Assembly (NCBI GenBank): GCA_026417135.1
Contig: JAOADV010000012.1
Location: 1,119 to 65,118 of the forward strand
Direction of reading: 5' to 3'
Origin: Ignavibacteria bacterium
GTDB lineage: Bacteria > Bacteroidota > Ignavibacteria > Kapaibacteriales > UBA2268
Length of the DNA: 64,000 nt
Shown: piece by piece, positions 10,059 to 19,499 of the stretch
Position numbering within the stretch: the stretch's first letter is position 1
Layout of the letters: the number at the start of each line of letters is the position of its first letter
The notes under the pieces: model-generated
The model's input: the letters and a program-made list of their open reading frames with translations, nothing else
Database searches by the model: none
Told to the model about the DNA's origin: nothing
Program-made: the position numbers and the translations under genes

Positions 10059-12035
10059 TTAGTTTAAGTTGATAAATTTTCGGATGAAATTTCTTTCGAG
10101 ACTCTCGACTTGGATTAAGTAAACTCCTGCGGGAAGGTCCGAAATATCGATATTGACAAAATTATTTGGGTCAGCAAAATGGTATTTCTTTACAACTTTT
10201 CCAAAAATATCGAGTATTATCAAACTTTTGGGGTTTATTCCTTCGTTTATTTTCAAAGTCAAAAAAGATTTATCGACATTTATGACTTCGAAAGGATAAG
10301 CCTTTTCGATAAAGTCCTGGACTTCGGTATAAATATTTGTTTTAGCAAGACTTACAATCTTTTTCCCTTGGTTAACTCTCAAAAAATTAAAATTTGGGAT
10401 GGAATCCAACCAAAAAGTCTTTTCCTCTCCTTCGAGTATAACAACTGTGTCGAAAGTTGTTCCGCTGGGGCGATGGAAATTAAGTTCAATTGGTAAATGA
10501 CTATATTTCCCAAACGAACTGGGCTGAATTTGTTTGATTTTAATTTCGACGCTCGAATATTGGTTATCCAAAGAGTATTTTCTACAATGAACATCCAAAA
10601 TAGGGTATCCTTGGGAAAATATCCACTGCTCGAAAAACCAATATAAGCTTGTTTCGATAAAATTGCTACAAAATGTTCCAAAAATAGAAGTCGAAATGTT
10701 TCGGTAGGCAAAGTAGTCGAGAGTATTCCTTAAAAGGTCGAAAAATAATTTGTCGCCTAAAAGGTCGCGCAACATAGCTACAACAATAGCACCTTTTATG
10801 TAAATAGTTCTTGGGTAATTGGAAGAAGGGCTTTTCCGAGAATAATTGTATAATGGAAGCAATCCTTCGTCCCGAGATACACTATTAACATAGTTTTGAG
10901 CAAGTAGATTTGCTCTTTGTAGGTATTTTTCTTTTCCAAATAGCCATTCTAAATAGAGTAACTCTGAAAAAGTAGTAAAAGCTTCGTTGAACCAAGCATC
11001 GCGAAAGTCGAGTGGGGTAACCGAATTGCCAAACCATTGATGAGCAAGTTCGTGAAGCAAGAGCGATTGCACGGTCAAAGTGTCTCGATTATCATAAGCA
11101 TATTTTATGAAACTTGTAGGCAATGTAATCATCATCTGATGCTCCATTGCACCGCTAAATCCATTATATGGTGGTGGGACGATAACATACCCAATTCTAT
11201 CGAAAGGGTATTTCCCCCAATAACTTTGCAAACAGTAGAAAATTTGCGAAAAATTCCGAAAAGCCCACTGAACTTGTGTCTCGTAACCGTCTGGAAAATA
11301 GACAATTGTTTCGAATGTATGGGGGAAATTTGCTGGGTCGATTTGCATTGTCTTGAATTTTCCCACAGCAAAAGTCAAAAGATATGTAGCGATTGGGAAA
11401 TCTGATGTCGATACCCATATTTCTGAGTTATTGTCGAACCGACCAAGATGTTTTGTTTTTCCGTTGGTAGCGAGCTTAAAACCTTCGGGAACTATAAAAA
11501 TGAACTTAAAATTAGCTTTATCCGAAGGATGGTCGTAACAAGCAAGCCAATGTTGAGTTGCCGAAACGTAATCGTTATTGAACCCTACCCCAATGGAAAA
11601 TAATACAGAGTCGGCAAGGAAAACGCCCCCAAAAGGTTTATTCCCTTTTTCATTTGATAATGCTCCAGAGTAAAAAATCAATATTTCATTTGTATCCCTA
11701 TCATCCCCAAATAAATTGTAAAGAGCATAGTATGAATAATCGAGCGAGTCGTTCTTCTCGAAAGTTGGAACAACCTTTTTTGAATTGTAAAATACCGAGT
11801 CGACAGTTAAATCTCTTAAATGAAAATAAAAGGTTCTTTCGTCGGGAGTTACCCAGAGAAAATTAATTTTACAAATGGCTTCGAGTTTTTTTTCGTAAAA
11901 TTTGCGAAAGTCGAAAGTAGCCTCGTAATTCAAAACATCGAAATCTTGACGAATGTATTCAGTAGGCAAAGATATCTTTGTCTGGGATAGCAAAAAATTT
12001 GTAAACAAAAAAATAAACAAAAAGTGTTTCGACAT
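10059..12035 (-). CDS. M1 family aminopeptidase with T9SS type A C-terminal sorting domain
   Basis: Signal peptide; GAMEH, HELAH...NE and YIKGA motifs; C-terminal DIFGK...DISDLPAGVY...RKF. Confidence 0.9.
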   Translation of the reverse strand: MSKHFLFIFLFTNFLLSQTKISLPTEYIRQDFDVLNYEATFDFRKFYEKKLEAICKINFLWVTPDERTFYFHLRDLTVDSVFYNSKKVVPTFEKNDSLDYSYYALYNLFGDDRDTNEILIFYSGALSNEKGNKPFGGVFLADSVLFSIGVGFNNDYVSATQHWLACYDHPSDKANFKFIFIVPEGFKLATNGKTKHLGRFDNNSEIWVSTSDFPIATYLLTFAVGKFKTMQIDPANFPHTFETIVYFPDGYETQVQWAFRNFSQIFYCLQSYWGKYPFDRIGYVIVPPPYNGFSGAMEHQMMITLPTSFIKYAYDNRDTLTVQSLLLHELAHQWFGNSVTPLDFRDAWFNEAFTTFSELLYLEWLFGKEKYLQRANLLAQNYVNSVSRDEGLLPLYNYSRKSPSSNYPRTIYIKGAIVVAMLRDLLGDKLFFDLLRNTLDYFAYRNISTSIFGTFCSNFIETSLYWFFEQWIFSQGYPILDVHCRKYSLDNQYSSVEIKIKQIQPSSFGKYSHLPIELNFHRPSGTTFDTVVILEGEEKTFWLDSIPNFNFLRVNQGKKIVSLAKTNIYTEVQDFIEKAYPFEVINVDKSFLTLKINEGINPKSLIILDIFGKVVKKYHFADPNNFVNIDISDLPAGVYLIQVESLERNFIRKFINLN

Positions 12036-12078
12036 ACCCACAACTTTGATTTTGAAATACTAATTTATAAAATAGTTG

Positions 12079-12086
12079 TAATTTTG
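12079..12086 (+). promoter_or_regulatory. -7 promoter element (TAATTTTG) for the MBL hydrolase-lptE genes
   Basis: Matches TAnnTTTG followed by C, 26 nt before the ATG. Confidence 0.55.
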
Positions 12087-12112
12087 CATTCGAATTAGTT
12101 ACAATTTAAAGT

Positions 12113-12748
12113 ATGAAAATAATACCAGTTGTTGCTGGTATTCTCGAAACAAATTGCTACTTGTTAATAAATCAAGAAAAAAGGACTGCAATCCTTATCG
12201 ATGCTCCACCAGATTCAAAGAAGAAAATATTGGAACTACTTGAAACCGAAAACGCCTTGTTGGAAGCAGTACTTCTAACTCATACTCATTGGGACCACTC
12301 GGCCGACGCAGCTGAAATCAAAAAGGCTACCTCTTCGAAGGTTTATGTTCATAAAGATGATTACTATCGTTTGCAAGACCCAATGAACCACACTTTGATG
12401 CCGTTGGATTTTGAAATTGAACCTTGCTTTGCGGATTATTTAATCGAACATAATGAAGTTTTGAGCTTCGAAACTTGCGAAGTGGAAGTTATCGAAACCC
12501 CCGGACACACCGAAGGCAGTGTTGTCTTCGTTGTCCATTCAATTGGTGCCGCTTTTGTCGGGGATACAATTTTTTATATGTCTGTTGGCCGAACCGACCT
12601 TCCCGGTGGGGACAGCAAAAAATTGCATCAAAGTCTTTCACTTATTATGGATAAACTTCCAAACGAGTTTACCCTTTATCCCGGCCATTTCCAACCTACG
12701 AAAGTTGGACTTGAAAAAAAATTTAATCCATTTATAATCTCTATTTAA
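12113..12748 (+). CDS. MBL-fold metallo-hydrolase (glyoxalase II/YcbL-like)
   Basis: THTHWDH, TPGHT, GDTIF, GRTDLPGG and PGH motifs. Confidence 0.92.
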   Translation: MKIIPVVAGILETNCYLLINQEKRTAILIDAPPDSKKKILELLETENALLEAVLLTHTHWDHSADAAEIKKATSSKVYVHKDDYYRLQDPMNHTLMPLDFEIEPCFADYLIEHNEVLSFETCEVEVIETPGHTEGSVVFVVHSIGAAFVGDTIFYMSVGRTDLPGGDSKKLHQSLSLIMDKLPNEFTLYPGHFQPTKVGLEKKFNPFIISI

Positions 12749-12749
12749 A

Positions 12750-13286
12750 ATGGTTAAAAGGATTATGAATTTTTTTTCATTTTTATTTAATCATTCATTT
12801 AGTAAAAAGTTTATAAGTTTGCTTTTTATTTTTTTGACAATTGGGTGTTATTCATTTAGGGGTGGTAGTTTGCCGAGCCACATAGGTTCGATTTCATTTA
12901 CACCAATTGTCGATAATAGCAACTATGGGAACCCACATTATAAAGAACAATTCTACAACGAATTAATCACAAAGTTTCGACGCGATAATACTTTGAAGGT
13001 AGTGGAAATGCCTTCGGATAGTAAATTATCTTTAACTATTAGTTCTATTCGTGATGAAACGGCTTATGCAAAGCCCGGCGAGTTAGAAAAGGAAAGGAGA
13101 ATTACAATGGAAGTTTCTGCGGAGTTCTTCGATGTTGTAAAAAATAAGACAATTTGGAACAGAAAATTTTCGAATTATGCGATTTACAGTGTTGCTGGTA
13201 TCCCAGCTTCGAGGGATAAAGCTATCGAAGAAGTCATTCAGAAACTAACAGACGACATTCTATTGGCAACAGTTTCTGGATGGTGA
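12750..13286 (+). CDS. lptE: LPS assembly lipoprotein LptE family
   Basis: Lipobox TIGC followed by YSFRG; the fold pattern and C-terminal DI...TVSGW are typical of FCB-group LptE. Confidence 0.75.
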   Translation: MVKRIMNFFSFLFNHSFSKKFISLLFIFLTIGCYSFRGGSLPSHIGSISFTPIVDNSNYGNPHYKEQFYNELITKFRRDNTLKVVEMPSDSKLSLTISSIRDETAYAKPGELEKERRITMEVSAEFFDVVKNKTIWNRKFSNYAIYSVAGIPASRDKAIEEVIQKLTDDILLATVSGW

Positions 13287-13376
13287 TATGCAATATTACA
13301 AAATTCTTTCGTTTATTAACTTCTTATTTTTAATACGAAAACATTATGTTACCTAATATGAGGCATAGAAAAGCTT

Positions 13377-14834
13377 ATGGAACTAATTATACTTATCTTT
13401 TATTTGATTTCTCTTTCGATACTTTTTTTCTTCGGAATTCATAGTTTAGTTCTGCTTTATTATTATCACAAAACTCAGAAAATATTAATTCCAAAGTTCG
13501 AGTTACCCAAGGAACTACCTTTGGTAACTATTCAACTGCCTATTTTTAACGAAATGTATGTTGTCGAACGAATTATTCGCCACGTTTGCAAAATTCGTTA
13601 TCCGAAGGACAAACTTGAAATCCAAGTTTTGGACGATTCGACCGACGAGACGCAAGAAATTGCTAAAAAATTAGTCGAAGAATATCGTCAGCAAGGTTAC
13701 GATATACATTACATTCATAGGGACAACAGAGAAGGTTTTAAAGCTGGAGCTTTAAAACACGGCCTTTCGTTTGCGAAAGGTGAATTCATTGCAATTTTCG
13801 ACGCCGATTTTATCCCAACCGAGGATTTCCTTGAAAAAACCATACCTTACTTCCAAAATCCAAAAATTGGGATGGTTCAAACACGTTGGGGTCATATTAA
13901 CGAAGAGTATTCTTTCTTGACAAAAGCTGTTGCTCTTTCGCTCGATGGCCACTTTGTCATTGAACAACAAGTGAGAAACAAAGCTGGTTTCTTTATAAAT
14001 TTCAACGGAACTTGCGGTATTTGGCGTAAAGAAACCATTATCGATGCTGGTAATTGGCAACCCGATACTTTGACAGAAGACCTCGACCTAAGCTACCGCG
14101 CACAACTTAAAGGATGGAAATTTATTTTCTTAAACGATGTCGTTTCGCCCGGTGAATTACCAGCCGATATCAATGCGTTGAAAACCCAACAATTTCGTTG
14201 GACAAAAGGCGCTGTCGAGACAGCCAAAAAACTTTTACCAGCAGTTTTGAAAGCCAAACTAAGTTTGAAAGTAAAACTCGAAGCAATTGTACACCTTACA
14301 AGCAATATAGTTTTCCCATTCATCCTTGTCGTTGCAATTTTGAACATTCCATTAGTTATCATTAAAAATTCATTCGATGAATTCGATATTTATTACAACA
14401 TAATGTCCGTTTTCGTCCTTGGTTCCATCTCTTCATTTTTATATTACGTGTATTCTCAAAAAGCAATTCACATAGACTGGCGCGACCGTATTCTTTACTT
14501 TCCGCTATGCCTTGCTGGTAGTATGGGTTTTGCTATAAACAATACCAAAGCTGTTATCGAGGCATTGATTGGGAAAAAAACTGGTTTTACTCGCACACCT
14601 AAATATCGCCTTGTAAATAAATACGACGAGTGGCGTTTTAAAAAGTATGTTCAAAGAAAAGTCGATAAAACCGTACTTTTCGAAATCCTTTTGACTATAT
14701 ATTACGTAATTGGTATTGGTCTATCAATCTATTATCTTGAACTTGCTGTTATTCCTTTCCAACTTCTTTTTCTTTTTGGTTTTGGTTTAGTTGGGTATTT
14801 GTCTGTCAAACAAGTTTTTATAACAAGCAAATAG
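13377..14834 (+). CDS. Membrane GT2 glycosyltransferase (cellulose synthase/CslA-like)
   Basis: QLPIFNE, LDDSTD, KAGAL, FDADF, TEDLD and QQFRW motifs; N- and C-terminal TM helices. Confidence 0.9.
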   Translation: MELIILIFYLISLSILFFFGIHSLVLLYYYHKTQKILIPKFELPKELPLVTIQLPIFNEMYVVERIIRHVCKIRYPKDKLEIQVLDDSTDETQEIAKKLVEEYRQQGYDIHYIHRDNREGFKAGALKHGLSFAKGEFIAIFDADFIPTEDFLEKTIPYFQNPKIGMVQTRWGHINEEYSFLTKAVALSLDGHFVIEQQVRNKAGFFINFNGTCGIWRKETIIDAGNWQPDTLTEDLDLSYRAQLKGWKFIFLNDVVSPGELPADINALKTQQFRWTKGAVETAKKLLPAVLKAKLSLKVKLEAIVHLTSNIVFPFILVVAILNIPLVIIKNSFDEFDIYYNIMSVFVLGSISSFLYYVYSQKAIHIDWRDRILYFPLCLAGSMGFAINNTKAVIEALIGKKTGFTRTPKYRLVNKYDEWRFKKYVQRKVDKTVLFEILLTIYYVIGIGLSIYYLELAVIPFQLLFLFGFGLVGYLSVKQVFITSK

Positions 14835-14990
14835 AATTCTTCGAAAATTGCATAAAAATTTATTAATGTTTTAATCTAAATTAACTCGACATCAACAAAA
14901 CTGTTCGAACTTTGAAATCTACTGTTTTCGTTTTTTTTAAAAATAATTTATGACTAGTTCGTTTTTTTGAAAAAGAAAATGGAGGGAACT

Positions 14991-16223
14991 ATGGCAAACG
15001 AACTCTCTCCGCAAACGCTTTATCGTCTTCCTTGGAATCTTGCAGACAATGCAATTTCGTGGTTAGAACCAACGTATACTTGCGATATGTATTGCGATGG
15101 CTGCTACCGAGAGAACCGCAATGCATCGCATAAAAGCTTGGAAGAAATAAAACGAGAGCTCGACATTTTTGCTAGATTAAGGAAAACCGATAGCATTTCT
15201 ATTGCTGGGGGCGAGCCTTTGACACATCCGAAGATAGTCGAAATCGTTCGAATGATAAAAAAACGTGGTTGGAAGCCCGTAATAAACACAAACGGACAAA
15301 AGCTAACAGAAGAGCTACTACTCCAACTTAAAGATGCGGGACTTTGGGGCTTTACATTCCATATCGATAGTTTCCAGAATCGACCGCATTGGAAAGGAAA
15401 AAATGAAATCGAGTTGAACGAGCTTCGCTTGCACTATGCTAAAATGGTAGCTAAAGTTGGAGGTCTAACTTGTTCTTTCAATGCAACGGTTTATCCAGAA
15501 ACGATTCAATATGTTCCAGCATTAGTAAAGTGGGCTCAAGAGCATATCGATATTGTCCATATCTTTGTCTTCATAATTTATCGAATTGCTAAACTCGATG
15601 GTATTTACGATTATTTTGTCGGGGATAAAAAAGTGAACTTCGAAACCATTACATACGCAAAAGAACAAGACTTCAGGCGCACTGATGTTCGCTCGGAAGA
15701 TTTAGTAGCAGAAATCCGGAAGTTGTATCCAGACTTTGCACCTTCTGCATTTTTGAACGGGACTCATCTCGCCGACTCCTACAAATGGTTATTAACTGGA
15801 AGAATAGGAAATAAACATAAAATTTTTGGATATACCGGACCAAAGTTTATGGAATTAGTCCAAAGTATAAAACACTTCTTTACTGATAGCTACCTTGCTT
15901 ATGCCGACCCAAAATATAACAAACGAAGTTTACTTTACTTGCTGCTGGCTCCTTTCGATAAAGGAATAAGACAAATTGCAAAAAACTTTTTCGCATCGCT
16001 ATTCACAATGCCAAAGGCATTTTTTAGCGGTTTGTTTTACCAGACAATTTTGATAATCCAACCGATTGACGTGCTTCCCGACGGCGAAACGAATATGTGC
16101 GATGGCTGCCCCGATATAACCGTTTGGAAGGACCGTTTAGTTTGGTCTTGTCGAATGGAAGAACAATTAATATGGGGACAACAAGCAAGAGTAGTCCCCC
16201 GTCAAAATAATATTACTATATAA
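14991..16223 (+). CDS. Radical SAM protein of unknown function
   Basis: CDMYCDGC, GGEPL and NTNG motifs; C-terminal CDGC...SC. GGAGG precedes ATG 14991. Confidence 0.9.
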   Translation: MANELSPQTLYRLPWNLADNAISWLEPTYTCDMYCDGCYRENRNASHKSLEEIKRELDIFARLRKTDSISIAGGEPLTHPKIVEIVRMIKKRGWKPVINTNGQKLTEELLLQLKDAGLWGFTFHIDSFQNRPHWKGKNEIELNELRLHYAKMVAKVGGLTCSFNATVYPETIQYVPALVKWAQEHIDIVHIFVFIIYRIAKLDGIYDYFVGDKKVNFETITYAKEQDFRRTDVRSEDLVAEIRKLYPDFAPSAFLNGTHLADSYKWLLTGRIGNKHKIFGYTGPKFMELVQSIKHFFTDSYLAYADPKYNKRSLLYLLLAPFDKGIRQIAKNFFASLFTMPKAFFSGLFYQTILIIQPIDVLPDGETNMCDGCPDITVWKDRLVWSCRMEEQLIWGQQARVVPRQNNITI

Positions 16224-16241
16224 AAATTCGAGTTTCGTTGT

Positions 16242-17402
16242 TTAAACCTTGTCGATTTCAAAATTCCCTTTTTCGATAAGTTCTTTATCTTCGAGGGAAG
16301 TAATCTGGGTAAGAATATTATAAAAAATTGAAAGGATTGAGTCCCAAGAATAATTTAGCGATTTTTGATAAGCATTATATCCTAATCGTCTTCTGGAATC
16401 ATCATTACTTAATAGATAATCTATATTTTCTGCAAGACTGAAAGAATCGTTCGGTTCGGCAAGCAAACCATCGTGATTATGTTTGATAAGCTCGGAAGCA
16501 CCAAAAGAGTTGGCAACTACTGGTGGCAACCCCGAAGCCATCGCTTCTAATATCACGTTGCCAAATGATTCAGTAACGGAAGGAAAAGCAAAAATATCGC
16601 TCGAAGCATATAAATTCGATAATCTTTCGGGGTCAAGTTTGCCTAAAAACAATGAATTTGGAATTCGCTTTTGGTAATGACGAAGGTAAGGTCCATCCCC
16701 AGCAACAACAAGGACAAAGTCATCTCGTTTCGAGGAAAGAATTCTTATAGCATCTTCGAGCACGTCGAAATTTTTTTCTTTAACTATTCTCCCAACGAAA
16801 AGTACGATTTTTTTGTCTGGGGGTACCAAAGTATTTCGAAAATCTATGTTGTTTTTGTTCGGGTTGAATAAATTTGTGTCGACGCCGTGAGGCAAATAAA
16901 CTAAATTATCAATCCCGTAGTACTTCAGCTCTTCGAGAACAGTTGTCGAAGGGACTATAACAGCATCACAATGGTTATAGAAATATCTTACATATTTCCA
17001 AACAAGTTTTTCGAAAATAGAAAGACGATAGTAACGAAGGTAGGAAGGGAAATGAGTATGATAGGTAGCAACTGCTGGAATTCCCAATTCTTTGCATATT
17101 TTAATTGAAACGTAACCAAGCGAACAAGGACTGTTAATATAAACTATGTCCGGTTCGTAGCTTGCAATAATTCTTTTTATTTTTTCCTTCTTCGGTAGCG
17201 ATACTTTATAATTTGTATAAAGAGGGAACGGGATATAAGAAACGCTGAATTGATTGTTAATTTTTGCGTTCGCATCGGTCTTGGGGGAAATCGCTAAAAA
17301 ATCAACATTATGCTGTCTCAAATATTCAACTTGACGATATAGAACGCGGGTTACTCCGTCTTCGTTTTCCTTTAAGCTCCCAGCAGTTATTACAATTTTC
17401 AT
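16242..17402 (-). CDS. GT4 glycosyltransferase (MgtA/Agt/SqdX-like)
   Basis: DGVTRVL, YHTHFPSY, GVD, FVGR..KEKN and ESFGNVILEAMASG motifs. Confidence 0.88.
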   Translation of the reverse strand: MKIVITAGSLKENEDGVTRVLYRQVEYLRQHNVDFLAISPKTDANAKINNQFSVSYIPFPLYTNYKVSLPKKEKIKRIIASYEPDIVYINSPCSLGYVSIKICKELGIPAVATYHTHFPSYLRYYRLSIFEKLVWKYVRYFYNHCDAVIVPSTTVLEELKYYGIDNLVYLPHGVDTNLFNPNKNNIDFRNTLVPPDKKIVLFVGRIVKEKNFDVLEDAIRILSSKRDDFVLVVAGDGPYLRHYQKRIPNSLFLGKLDPERLSNLYASSDIFAFPSVTESFGNVILEAMASGLPPVVANSFGASELIKHNHDGLLAEPNDSFSLAENIDYLLSNDDSRRRLGYNAYQKSLNYSWDSILSIFYNILTQITSLEDKELIEKGNFEIDKV

Positions 17403-17418
17403 TATCAAAGCAAAAAAA

Positions 17419-17426
17419 CAAAATTA
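17419..17426 (-). promoter_or_regulatory. -7 promoter element (TAATTTTG) for the GT4 gene
   Basis: Matches TAnnTTTG, 16 nt upstream of the ATG. Confidence 0.5.
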
Positions 17427-17555
17427 GGTTCAAAGAATGAGTAACAAATAAAGAAATTGTGAAGAAATAAAAAACTTAGACTTTGCAAATTTCAAAAGGA
17501 AGGATATCAATTTTCTCCAGTAATAATCAAAAATCCATTGTTAGTAGACGAACAT

Positions 17556-17574
17556 ATTGTTAAGAAATTGTTAA
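17556..17574 (-). promoter_or_regulatory. Candidate OmpR/PhoB-family direct-repeat box
   Basis: The minus strand reads TTAACAATTTCTTAACAAT, i.e. TTAACA twice with 11-bp periodicity. A related TTCACAATTTCTT occurs at 17451-17463. Confidence 0.35.
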
Positions 17575-17867
17575 TTCAAAAGAGCAGAATTCATTTCAAA
17601 TTAATATTGTGAATCGAGTAAGCCGACAATGTTAAATAAAATTACTATCTATACAATGTCATCTAAAAGGATAAACAAAAACAAAGTAAATATTTTTTGC
17701 AAAGACTACTATGGTTTGTTTTATTATTCCCTTAAAGCGAAATTTTCATCAGATAATTTTTGTTCACACTGCAAAGAGTTAGTAAAAACTCTAAAACTAA
17801 TTTTAATAAACAAAAAATTGTTCAAAAACACTTAAAACCACAAGCCCGAATTTCATAAATAAGGAAA

Positions 17868-18809
17868 TCAAGAGATAAGCAACTTATTTCTAAAATACTC
17901 AATGGTGCTGAGTAAACCTTGAGAGCGGGAAACTTTCGGTTCCCAACCAAGAATTTCTCGTGCTTTTGTGATATCTGGTTGCCGGACTTTTGGGTCGTCC
18001 TCAGGTAAATCTTTGAAAACTATTTTGCTCGAAGAATTGCAAAGTTCAATTATTTCCAAGGCTAAATCGATTATTGAAATCTCCTCGGGATTACCCAAGT
18101 TGACAGGTTCAGCATAGTTGGAAAAAAGAAGTTTAAAAATACCTTCGACTAAATCATCAATGTAGCAAATCGAACGAGTTTGAGTCCCATCGCCGAAGAC
18201 CGTTACTTGTTCGTTTTGTAGAGCCTGCGTTATAAAAGTAGGAATAGCGCGCCCGTCGTCGATTCGCATACGAGGACCAAATGTGTTGAAAATACGAGCT
18301 ATTCTGGTATCCAGTTTGTGATACCTATGGTAAGCCATTGTCATAGCTTCGGCAAATCTCTTTGCTTCGTCGTAAACACCACGAATACCAATAGGATTAA
18401 CATTGCCCCAATAATCTTCGGGCTGTGGATGCACGAGTGGGTCGCCGTAAACTTCGCTTGTGCTTGCCAACAAAAAGCAAGCACCTTTTTCTTTTGCCAA
18501 TCCTAACATTTTATGAGTACCTAAGGACCCGACCTTTAATGTATGGATTGGATGTTTAAGATAATCTATTGGCGATGCAGGCGAAGCAAAATGTAGAACA
18601 TAATCCAGATGACCCGGTATATGAGTATAATTTGTAACGTCGTATTTGATGAAACTAAAGTTGGGGTGCCCGAATAGATGTTCTATATTTTCTATTGACC
18701 CAGTGATTAAATTGTCCACAGCTATAACTTCGTGGCCATCTTGTATAAATTTGTCGCAGAGATGTGAACCAATAAAACCAGCGCCCCCAGAAATTAAAAT
18801 TCTTGCCAT
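17868..18809 (-). CDS. UDP-glucuronate decarboxylase (UDP-xylose synthase)
   Basis: [33 protein letters not shown] and YDEAKR motifs. Confidence 0.93.
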   Translation of the reverse strand: MARILISGGAGFIGSHLCDKFIQDGHEVIAVDNLITGSIENIEHLFGHPNFSFIKYDVTNYTHIPGHLDYVLHFASPASPIDYLKHPIHTLKVGSLGTHKMLGLAKEKGACFLLASTSEVYGDPLVHPQPEDYWGNVNPIGIRGVYDEAKRFAEAMTMAYHRYHKLDTRIARIFNTFGPRMRIDDGRAIPTFITQALQNEQVTVFGDGTQTRSICYIDDLVEGIFKLLFSNYAEPVNLGNPEEISIIDLALEIIELCNSSSKIVFKDLPEDDPKVRQPDITKAREILGWEPKVSRSQGLLSTIEYFRNKLLIS

Positions 18810-18815
18810 ATTACT

Positions 18816-19202
18816 TTATAAACAATCAATCACCTTTTTGACGTGTTCGCGAACTTCCCCAACTAAATCTAAAAGCGGTGGATTTTCGAGTAATTTCATT
18901 GCAAAAGTTGGGTCGATTACCGCTATTTCGACTTGCAAATCATCAATTTTTCGCATTACAAAGTTGCAAGGAAGAAACAAACCTACTTTGTTTTCAATAG
19001 ATAATGCTTTGAAGGCAAAGTTCGGGTTGCAAGCTCCGACGATTTTGTAATTTGGTAAATTCGCCCCTATTTTTTCTTTTAACAACTCAGATACATAGAT
19101 TTCGGAAACTACTCCGAAACCATTTTCTTTTAATGTTTCGACAAGTCGCTGGTAGGCTTCTTCGAATGTAAGATTCAATATTTTTGAAAAAAAGAAAGAC
19201 AT
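18816..19202 (-). CDS. DUF302 domain protein
   Basis: GFGV, GACNP and GLFLPC motifs. Confidence 0.9.
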   Translation of the reverse strand: MSFFFSKILNLTFEEAYQRLVETLKENGFGVVSEIYVSELLKEKIGANLPNYKIVGACNPNFAFKALSIENKVGLFLPCNFVMRKIDDLQVEIAVIDPTFAMKLLENPPLLDLVGEVREHVKKVIDCL

Positions 19203-19499
19203 TTCTACTATTTTGATTAATTACAAACTATAATGACGAGTAAAGTAAGATGTATTTTGATAGAAAGATTATTTGTTAATTGTTAAAAATTTAATTTCGA
19301 TGTTTTTTTTCAAAAGATGCTTTATTAGCAAAATCGATTTTCGAATTACTCATTGAAAAATATTGCAACGAAGAGTATCAAACGATTTTTCGAATTTATT
19401 GGAATACGAGTTTTAGCAATCTTAAATTTAAAAAAATAGGGTAAGAAATCTGTAATTCCTTTGTTTCAAAATGAGATTTATTTTTTGATTTTCGAGCTT

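Noticed and set aside
17629-17835. 68-aa plus-strand ORF with CSHC
   Set aside because: Low-complexity Lys/Asn-rich translation of AT-rich intergenic DNA, opposite to the flanking genes, with no family motif.
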